Shown: piece by piece, positions 7,600-14,042 of the stretch
How positions within the stretch are numbered: the first letter of the stretch is position 1
Layout of the letters: each line of letters starts with the position of its first letter
Assembly (NCBI GenBank): GCA_964452145.1
Contig: CAYVLA010000081.1
Coordinates: 1 to 14,042 of the forward strand
Length of the DNA: 14,042 nt
Reading direction: 5' to 3'
Source: Candidatus Hadarchaeota archaeon
Lineage (GTDB): Archaea; CAYQAE01; CAYVLA01
Made by a program: the position numbers and the translations under genes
The notes under the pieces: model-generated
What the model was told of the DNA's origin: nothing
Databases searched by the model: none
What the model saw: only the letters and a program-made list of their open reading frames with translations

Positions 7600-9195
7600 T
7601 CAATCCCTGACTCCGGGAAGGTCGGGGGTGAGGCCAGCAGACCTCAGAACGCGTTGAATCATCGGATGTGGCGAGGAAGGCAGAATCACCAGCCACAGCA
7701 TGACGAGGCTCGGTCGTGTTGCCTGGAACAGAACCCAGAGACCCCAGAAGAGATCGGGTGCAGCAGCACTTGACGCCTTCTGACCGAGTCCGGTCACGTA
7801 TCTGGTCGAGTCCTCCATGCCCTCGGATCCCTCCCAAACCGTCTCATCCGCGGTTTGATCGTCGGAGATGTTGGCGAGGATATCCCTGCCGGTCCTTGGA
7901 GAGGGCTGTGCCCCATCACCCGGCGGATCGCCCCTAACGACATAGAATGTGCCACCGTTGTATGTGGGGACCTGACAGACTGCGTAGAGACGGTTGTACC
8001 GCACACCATCGATGACCCAGGAATGGGAAGGATCCTGTGCGAGCCCCGCGAACCTAGAATTCCAAGTGCAGCCAGCAGTCTTATTCCATAGCGTACCGGT
8101 GGCATTGTAGAGATAAACCCCGCCGCTGCCCGGGAAGTCATGTGTATCCTCCAGAAGGCCTTCACAGACCCCAACCGACCCGTTCACGACGTTCCAGACA
8201 TTCATGCCAAGATCGTAGGAGAAGCAGTGAGTACCGTTGAACGCACACAGGCCGCCGTTTGCAGCGTCAATCCGGTCATCATATCCTCCGGCCCATAGAA
8301 GCCCATCCCGAACCTCTCCCTCGGTTCCCCACTCGAACACGGACACATTGTTAGAATCGGTCCACGCCACATCGGGGTTGTTGGAGATTATGAAGTTCAG
8401 GTTGTACTCATCGAAGACGACCATGTGGGTTGAGTTGAACATCATCACCCTCACGCCGTCATCACTGGATCGTGCGCGACCCGACCAGACGATGTTGATG
8501 CCATCACCAACGATCTTGCCGATCCTGGTGTAGGTTCCCTTCCCGCCACTGTGGACACCGCCAACGTAGATGCTGCCGGTGGGAGCATACTGGCCGATGC
8601 TCTGAATCATCATCCGATCGGTGGTGGCAACCGTGTCCCAGGTGGATAGATCGGTCGTCTTGTAGACCGTGCCGTTGTAGATCGGATATGACGTAAAGCC
8701 CGTCACCAGATACAGGGCCGCGCCAATGACGCGGAAGTCTTGAACCCTGCAGGCGATCTTATCGGACCAGAAGATCTGGTTCAGAGAATCGCTGGAGGTG
8801 TTGTAGGCCCACAGAAGGGAGTGGGTGCTATTGACCGTGTGGAACACATAGCAGTCCAGGAAGAAATCCCCCCGGGCACATCTCCAATCAACATCCCCAT
8901 ATGGAAAAACCAGCGCCAGGACGGTCCAGTTCCAACCGTTGAAGCCCGCGATATCGGGGGCATCGGATCTACCGCCGGCCTCCTCGGTGGTGTCATTGTG
9001 CTCATCTGGATCTGTCCCTTGGCAGGTCCCCAGATGCCAGAGAATGCATCCAGAGCAGGCCAGAAGCATCACCAGAGAAGAGAGCGTGGCTCTCCTCCTA
9101 AGGGTGGGCCCCCCGAGGAGGGCGGAGAGCTCGGGCTTCTTGGGGCAAGCAGAAGACAAGGGTAACTCGTCTTGCAGACAGGGCAAGGACTCCAC
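7600..9195 (-). CDS. Putative cell-surface glycoprotein (beta-rich ectodomain, signal-like N-terminus, hydrophobic C-terminus)
   Basis: 531 aa ORF; RRR plus a hydrophobic stretch near the N-terminus; 12 N-x-S/T sequons counted by hand; Gly/aromatic-rich beta-strand pattern; acidic linker and a hydrophobic C-terminal segment. Start codon uncertain. Confidence 0.75.
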   Translation of the reverse strand: MESLPCLQDELPLSSACPKKPELSALLGGPTLRRRATLSSLVMLLACSGCILWHLGTCQGTDPDEHNDTTEEAGGRSDAPDIAGFNGWNWTVLALVFPYGDVDWRCARGDFFLDCYVFHTVNSTHSLLWAYNTSSDSLNQIFWSDKIACRVQDFRVIGAALYLVTGFTSYPIYNGTVYKTTDLSTWDTVATTDRMMIQSIGQYAPTGSIYVGGVHSGGKGTYTRIGKIVGDGINIVWSGRARSSDDGVRVMMFNSTHMVVFDEYNLNFIISNNPDVAWTDSNNVSVFEWGTEGEVRDGLLWAGGYDDRIDAANGGLCAFNGTHCFSYDLGMNVWNVVNGSVGVCEGLLEDTHDFPGSGGVYLYNATGTLWNKTAGCTWNSRFAGLAQDPSHSWVIDGVRYNRLYAVCQVPTYNGGTFYVVRGDPPGDGAQPSPRTGRDILANISDDQTADETVWEGSEGMEDSTRYVTGLGQKASSAAAPDLFWGLWVLFQATRPSLVMLWLVILPSSPHPMIQRVLRSAGLTPDLPGVRD

Positions 9196-9212
9196 CAGGG
9201 CCCGTCAGATCG

Positions 9213-9344
9213 TCATTTCCTCTGAGATCTCCTGAACCCTGGTTGGCGTCTCTGAACCCATCTCAGACATATGAGACAGGAGCCTGCAACGAGTATTCCC
9301 GCCAGAGAGGCTAGACCGACGAAAGCCTGTCTCAGCGTTCCCAT
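9213..9344 (-). CDS. Unannotated 43 aa single-TM peptide with a basic tail
   Basis: Hand translation MGTLRQAFVGLASLAGILVAGSCLICLRWVQRRQPGFRRSQRK*; same frame as the RHH ORF, starting 12 nt after its TGA and ending 17 nt before GTG 9195. Confidence 0.5.
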   Translation of the reverse strand: MGTLRQAFVGLASLAGILVAGSCLICLRWVQRRQPGFRRSQRK

Positions 9345-9356
9345 CTGCAGGCCCCA

Positions 9357-9704
9357 TCACTTCGTTGAATTCCGGGATGCGTCGGCTACCGGTTCCAAGC
9401 CCTCCCCGCAGCCAGGGGCACCTGCCCGGGTGATCGCCACCCATTCGTAGATCTTCTGCTGAAGGTAGAAGTCAACAGCATCCCACACAAGGCTCTCAAA
9501 GGACAGACCGGTCCGGCGACTGGCCTCGCCAAGCCTCGAGACAAGGCTGACAGGAAGATCAATCGATGAGGTGCCACCTCTCTGCCCATCCCTATCGATC
9601 AGCGGGATGTCAGGTCGGCCCGAGACGGATGGATCTTCACAAGGGGACTCGGTAAAGGTGTAAACAACCTCCGTGAACGATTCCATGCTGATCTTGCAGC
9701 TCAT
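9357..9704 (-). CDS. Ribbon-helix-helix (CopG-like) domain protein
   Basis: TSSIDLPVSLVSRLGEASRRTGLSFESLVWDAVDFYLQQK fits the RHH strand-helix-G-x-S-helix pattern; GGTGAGG lies just upstream of ATG 9704 (the ORF track extends to 9941). Confidence 0.65.
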   Translation of the reverse strand: MSCKISMESFTEVVYTFTESPCEDPSVSGRPDIPLIDRDGQRGGTSSIDLPVSLVSRLGEASRRTGLSFESLVWDAVDFYLQQKIYEWVAITRAGAPGCGEGLEPVADASRNSTK

Positions 9705-9722
9705 TTCCTCACCACGTGTGAC

Positions 9723-9742
9723 GATGTGTCGGAGGACACATC
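9723..9742. repeat. Perfect inverted repeat GATGTGTC-GGAG-GACACATC
   Basis: 8 bp arms with a 4 nt spacer, 18 nt upstream of the RHH start codon. Confidence 0.6.
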
Positions 9743-10079
9743 TCGGGTCTGCGGAGAGTGGAACGTTACTTGAATGTTGTCCGGAACATAGTGGAACCCG
9801 CCTCGCCGGGATATGCTGGTCGACGTTCAGCGGTCTCGAACATTGCTCGATGCGTCCGGCCTGGGCGGTTCCCTCGTGGATCTTGACGTTTGGTGAATTC
9901 CGAGCAGGCTTCGCGTCGAGCCTCAACCGAGATCTCCACACGCCTCAGAGACAGACGCGGATCTGGACATGGCTGCAGGCCGTGTGTGCAGGTCTGCTGG
10001 GGGTCGCTGCAGTAATACTATTCAGGTCATATGGCCTCTGGCCGACGGTCCATCGAGTTGACTCAGAGGAGGAGACAAC

Positions 10080-11219
10080 GTGACAATCCAGGTCGATACA
10101 GGCATTCCCTACGCCAATGCATGTGACGTGACGATCCTGCGACAGGATGGATCATGGTGTGTGAGCTTCGCGGCCGATCCTCACGGAGGTCCCGAATCTC
10201 TCTGGTTCTGCATGAGGCTCACCAGCACGTCCGGCACCTCAGGCGGGTCGAACGTGAAACTCGTTCTGAAGCATCTGAGAAGCATGCTGGGCGCGGGCGA
10301 TGCGAGCAAGATACTTCCAGTGGCAAAGGATAGGACAGGCGAATGGCGTCGTTTGGAGCCGGGACGTCTGGAGGAACTCCCAGATGGACGGCGGCAGGCC
10401 ACCTGGTCGCTCGGCATGCCGAACCCCACCACCGACATCGCAGTCTGCTATCCCTACGGGCGCCCCGAGCTTGAGCGTCTCCTGCATGATACCGGTGGGT
10501 ACTGGGAGTCGGATGTCATCGGCGTAACCCAAGGCGGTCGCCCAATGATACGTCTGAGCAACGGCTATGGCCACAAGGGAAGCCAGAGGCCTGGCGTGTA
10601 CCTACTGGCGCGCCAGCACTCGGGCGAGACGCCTGGTTCGTGGGTTCTGGATGGGCTGCTCAGGTACATCGCCGCGACGGGCGAGAACACCCCGCTGATC
10701 TGGTCAGTGCCCCTGGCAAACCTCGACGGGGTCGAAGGCGGAGACTATGGCAAGGACAACTTCCCCTACGATCTCAACCGTGCCTGGGGCGATCCCCCGA
10801 TGCGGCATGAAGTTCTCGTCATCAGGCGGGACATGCTCGTCTGGCGAGAACGCTGCCGCCCCTTCGCGGGAGTGGACTTCCACGCACCCGGCCTTTCGGA
10901 ATTCGGCGGGATCTACGCCTTTCTGCCCAATCCCGATCAGTTCAAGGTGGAACACGAACGGGCCGCATGGCTTGCAGACTCGGTCGGCAAGGCGTTGGGA
11001 TCCCGCTACGCAGCCCAACCCTTCGGGAAGGTTGCTGCCTACCGCAGCCGCTGGGACACGCCGGGCTTCCTCTCTCACTGCTGTCAGCAGGGCTTCCCCG
11101 GTATCTGTCTGGAGACGCCTTATTCGCTCGCCGGAGATCTGGTCCTGACCTGCGATCACTACCGCGAGGCGGGAAGATTGATTGGTCAGTGCCTTGTGGA
11201 GAAGGCCTTCTCGGGTTGA
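10080..11219 (+). CDS. M14 family zinc carboxypeptidase (cytosolic carboxypeptidase-like, with N-terminal beta domain)
   Basis: ARQHSGE (HxxE Zn ligands), NLDGV, DLNRAW, VDFHA (third Zn ligand) and LETPY (catalytic Glu); N-terminal WF motif; GAGGAGG SD; no signal peptide. Confidence 0.9.
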   Translation: MTIQVDTGIPYANACDVTILRQDGSWCVSFAADPHGGPESLWFCMRLTSTSGTSGGSNVKLVLKHLRSMLGAGDASKILPVAKDRTGEWRRLEPGRLEELPDGRRQATWSLGMPNPTTDIAVCYPYGRPELERLLHDTGGYWESDVIGVTQGGRPMIRLSNGYGHKGSQRPGVYLLARQHSGETPGSWVLDGLLRYIAATGENTPLIWSVPLANLDGVEGGDYGKDNFPYDLNRAWGDPPMRHEVLVIRRDMLVWRERCRPFAGVDFHAPGLSEFGGIYAFLPNPDQFKVEHERAAWLADSVGKALGSRYAAQPFGKVAAYRSRWDTPGFLSHCCQQGFPGICLETPYSLAGDLVLTCDHYREAGRLIGQCLVEKAFSG

Positions 11220-11231
11220 CCTCACGTTTGA

Positions 11232-12425
11232 TTAGAGGCTCGACCTTGTGGCACCGACCTCCCTGTAGAGCCTCCTCCTGATCATCAAGCTCCAGACGGC
11301 TAGACCCGTCAGAATGGATGAAGCCGTCACGACGAGCCACTCGGACAGAAATACCCACATCAGGGCCTGGTCCTTGATTCGAACCGCTTTCTCGCCTAGT
11401 GCGATCATCTCGGTCCAGACCTCCGACATAACGGAGTAGGATGTCTCGTACTCCTCGCGTAGGTAGCTTATCCTGGCGGCCGTCATTTTTGCATCCAGGT
11501 CCGTGAGGTCTTGGGAGAGCGCGAAGGTGTTGGCTCCGAAGCGGTCGGCCCATTCAAGCATCGAGAGCACCACCAGCTTCTGGGCCCTGTATCCCGAGAA
11601 GGCCCGTCTGGCCTCGCGCCTGGCCAATATGTCCCGGATCAGGGGTCTATCCAGCGAGTAGAGTATGAGGTTGACCATCATGTCCAGGCCGTAGGGGTTT
11701 GCGCCGCGCGCGCTCATGGATACGCCCCACCAGGCCATGTCGAATTCATCGCCGAAGACCCAGGTCAGCCCAGCCCTGCTGCCGCCGGGCCTCCACGAAA
11801 CGATGAAGGGAAGGTTCAGAGGCTGCATCTTGGCCCATAGAACCGAGCCTTGGCGAGGCTGCATCTCGGCGTAGGCCGCCCCCAGCACTCTCTCCATGCC
11901 GAAATCCACGAAGGGCAGGAAGACCGGGTCTCGGTCCCTCTCGAAGACGGCGTGCCAAGGTCGATGGTACCATCCCTGGTGGTCGGATATCGGCAGGATT
12001 TCTTCAAGCACGCTGGGCTTCACCACTAGGCCGTATGCCGGCCCAAAGCTCCACAGCGAGGGAATGCCGGCCTGGGTGAAGGCGTAGTGGAGATTGCCCC
12101 ATTGGGTTGGGGTGAAGTGATCTATGTAGGGGTCCTCGAAGAAGACCATGTCGAAGTCCTCGACGAGCTTCTGCCTGGTTCTGGGGAAGTAGAGCCTGTC
12201 GAGCCTCAGCCTCTCCTCAATGCTGAGGCCGGCCTGGTGGGGATCAGACTGGAAGGTGAAGAGAGGGTCCTCCGTGAAGTATGTGGGGAGAGGCGAGATC
12301 ACGGATTGCACCGATCCTATCAGCAGGCATGATATCCTGCCCTCCTCTCGACCAAGACATGGGTCCATGCATGCCAGGGCAAAGAGCGCCAGAAGCCCGG
12401 CGCACGCTGACCGATTGAGTGACAT
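11232..12425 (-). CDS. Single-pass surface protein, paralog C of the same family
   Basis: Signal peptide ACAGLLALFALAC; motifs RLYFPRT, EILPI, RFGANT, MWVFLSEWLVV and WSLMIRRRLYREVGATR. Confidence 0.87.
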   Translation of the reverse strand: MSLNRSACAGLLALFALACMDPCLGREEGRISCLLIGSVQSVISPLPTYFTEDPLFTFQSDPHQAGLSIEERLRLDRLYFPRTRQKLVEDFDMVFFEDPYIDHFTPTQWGNLHYAFTQAGIPSLWSFGPAYGLVVKPSVLEEILPISDHQGWYHRPWHAVFERDRDPVFLPFVDFGMERVLGAAYAEMQPRQGSVLWAKMQPLNLPFIVSWRPGGSRAGLTWVFGDEFDMAWWGVSMSARGANPYGLDMMVNLILYSLDRPLIRDILARREARRAFSGYRAQKLVVLSMLEWADRFGANTFALSQDLTDLDAKMTAARISYLREEYETSYSVMSEVWTEMIALGEKAVRIKDQALMWVFLSEWLVVTASSILTGLAVWSLMIRRRLYREVGATRSSL

Positions 12426-12520
12426 GTGGGTGGTCCCCGCGAGCTTTGGATGGGCTCCTTCCTCGACCGTGCTACCCCAACCCCATATGCTGATTGGTGG
12501 ATTCGAGCCGGCTGCTTTCA

Positions 12521-12532
12521 GATAAAGGTTTG
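12521..12532 (-). promoter_or_regulatory. BRE/TATA-like box CAAACCTTTATC
   Basis: Archaeal-style TTTAT core with an A-rich upstream stretch, about 100 nt upstream of ATG 12425. Confidence 0.35.
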
Positions 12533-12788
12533 TGTATGCCTGTCTGCCTTGTCTGTCTTGCGTTGTGCCTCGCCCTTCGGTTATGCATGGCCTGCAGGCT
12601 TACTTGGCCACGCACCGTGGCCGGTGGTTCCAATTGTCTTGTGCTGTACATTGAAGCAGACTCCAGAGGGTCGGTTGGGCTATCCGGCATGGGTATCTCC
12701 CACCTCGTCTACTTCTGCCCTTACAGCGGCCGGAAACGTAACATTCTTCTGGAAGGCGGTGGGAGGTAGAGGGCGAGGGGAGTGGGTG

Positions 12789-13118
12789 ATGCAACGTGAG
12801 GAAAGGTTCGCTATCTCGAAGCCGCCGCCCATCTTCTTCTGGATCCTCTCGATGCTTCTTCTGTTCGTTCTCCTGATCGCGCTAATCGTGTATTGGCCTG
12901 AATCTGGAATGAGTAGGGAGGGTGTGCTGTATGAGCTGAAGGGCCAGTTCCGAGGGATGTTTCAAGAAGTGGCAGACGCATTCGAACATCTGGTCCGGTC
13001 GATGGCATCCCTTGTCAGGCTGTTGCTGCCTTGGATGGCCATCTTCGTCACTGTGTGGCTCCCATTGCTGTGGTTGCTCGTTCGTCATAGGAGGAGACAA
13101 GCCAGGTCGCCTCTCTGA
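12789..13118 (+). CDS. Small two-TM membrane protein (109 aa), unknown function
   Basis: MQREERF..., TM1 (IFFWILSMLLLFVLLIALIVYW), amphipathic helix, TM2, basic tail RHRRR; GGGGAG/GGGTG precedes ATG 12789. The ORF-track extension back to 12426 does not look protein-like. Confidence 0.7.
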   Translation: MQREERFAISKPPPIFFWILSMLLLFVLLIALIVYWPESGMSREGVLYELKGQFRGMFQEVADAFEHLVRSMASLVRLLLPWMAIFVTVWLPLLWLLVRHRRRQARSPL

Positions 13119-13459
13119 GCCCGAGGCCCCGTGGCAAAGGCTACATTGCCGTCTCACTACGTTGAACGAAGAACACTTAAGAGTCACTTCGGACTGGCCA
13201 TGCGACAACTGCGGGTCCTCAAAGACGGTACATCGGTTGAGGCCTCTGGAGATGCCCTGGCGCAGTGATCTGTCGGCGGGTGATGAGGATGCGGAGGATG
13301 CAACCGACCTGTGCTCTGGGGCTTCGCGGAATATCCGTGCAAACCGCCGCCCAAGACAGGCCTCAAGCAGCCCTTGGTGATCCAGGCGATCACCGACGCA
13401 GTCTAAGACTCTGCTCGGCGGGGTGAGGCCGTGAGAGTCAATGCCTAGGAGGAAGACAT

Positions 13460-14042
13460 ACGAGGTACTCGTTCATGAGCTTCTCGTGCCCTGAGTTCGG
13501 CCTTGAGGACATACTGAACATCGCCGCAAGATACGGCTACGATGGGGTTGAGCTGAGGCTTGATGCCCAGCATCAGCATGGAGTTGAGGTCGGCCTTGGG
13601 GCTCCTGCTCGCGGCCAGGTCAGGGAGATCATCGGAAGCGGCAGGATCCCTGTCTGCTGCCTTGCCACGTCCTGCCGATTCGCCGATCCTGAGGATGTGA
13701 AGCGTCATCTCCAGGATGCTCTCCAGCGGATTGACTTGGCGGCGGACGTAGGTGTCCCCAGGATACGGGTCTTTGGGGGCAAGTTTCCCGCAAGCGTGTC
13801 CAGGGAGGAGGCGATTGCGCTTGTGGCCGGATCGCTGAGGTCAATCGCGGACCGTGCATTCGAAAGGGGCGTGACCATATGCATGGAGACCCATGATGCT
13901 TGGTGCGATCCCGAACATGTTGCGGAGGTCATGCGCCGGGTCGACCATGCAAGCGTGGGCGTGAACTGGGACATCATGCATCCGGTTCGAACAGCGCACG
14001 TCACGATCGAACAGTCCTTCGATGCGCTTGGGGATTGGATCA
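13460..14042 (+). CDS. Sugar phosphate isomerase/epimerase (xylose isomerase-like TIM barrel, AP_endonuc_2 type), truncated by the window end
   Basis: Not in the ORF track. Hand translation (T)RYSFMSFSCPEFGLEDILNIAARYGYDGVELR...IRVFGG...GVTICMETHD...GVNWDIMHP, open to the window end. First ATG is 13475; a possible ACG start at 13460 follows AGGAGG. Confidence 0.88.

Noticed and set aside
1851..11300. DNA similarity between paralog 3' ends (CTCCTGATCATCA in A and C) as a possible DGR template/variable repeat or recombination cassette
   Set aside because: Identity is short and explained by the conserved LMIRR motif; no adenine-specific mismatch pattern, reverse transcriptase or recombinase is visible.
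12490..12516. tRNA T-arm-like GGCTCGAATCC on the minus strand
   Set aside because: Only 2 bp of T-stem can form, and there is no acceptor, D or anticodon arm.
12536..12769. Cys-rich 77 aa ORF MPVCLVCLALCLALRLCMAC...
   Set aside because: The Cys/Leu pattern derives from low-complexity TGTCTG/TGCCT sequence in a divergent promoter region, with no SD and no recognisable domain.
9357..13426. Genome-wide TGA recoding or selenocysteine, suggested by in-frame TGAs at 9357 and 13424
   Set aside because: TGA ends paralogs A and B near the same position where paralog C uses TAA, and also ends the M14 peptidase; no long gene has an internal TGA.
13119..13446. Short ORFs with CxxC-like words (CDNC, CGGC) and a 45-codon ORF (13289-13426) in frame with the isomerase
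   Set aside because: Single CxxC words in different frames with no second pair and no protein-like composition; the isomerase N-terminus is complete without an extension.
1..14042. CRISPR array, IS element, integrase, rRNA
   Set aside because: I saw no regularly spaced repeats, terminal inverted repeats with a transposase, recombinase motifs or rRNA-like sequence on manual reading.

Overview
A GC-rich (roughly 60% by eye) prokaryotic window, most likely archaeal. That call is inferred from TATA/BRE-like boxes upstream of most genes, GGAGG/GGTGA Shine-Dalgarno motifs and a secreted protein heavily enriched in N-glycosylation sequons. I found no rRNA, tRNA, CRISPR array, transposase, integrase or reverse transcriptase. 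Recognisable genes: a URO-D/CIMS-like (non-HemE) TIM-barrel protein, a COG4880-type membrane-anchored beta-propeller followed by a membrane-tethered winged-helix regulator, a cytosolic M14 zinc carboxypeptidase, a small ribbon-helix-helix (RHH) protein, and a truncated sugar-phosphate isomerase/epimerase that the ORF track misses. The most striking feature is three dispersed, highly diverged ~400 aa paralogs (1821-3062, 5925-7097, 11232-12425, all minus strand). They share one architecture: signal peptide, variable GATase1-like (DUF1355-type) ectodomain, helical stalk with GANT, and a strongly conserved TM helix plus tail (W-x4-EW...W-x-LM-x-RRRLY-x5-TR). This looks like an expanded, uncharacterised cell-surface receptor or binding-protein family. 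Other points of interest: an unannotated 43 aa TM peptide in frame behind the RHH stop codon, a possible ACG start codon, and several candidate operators.
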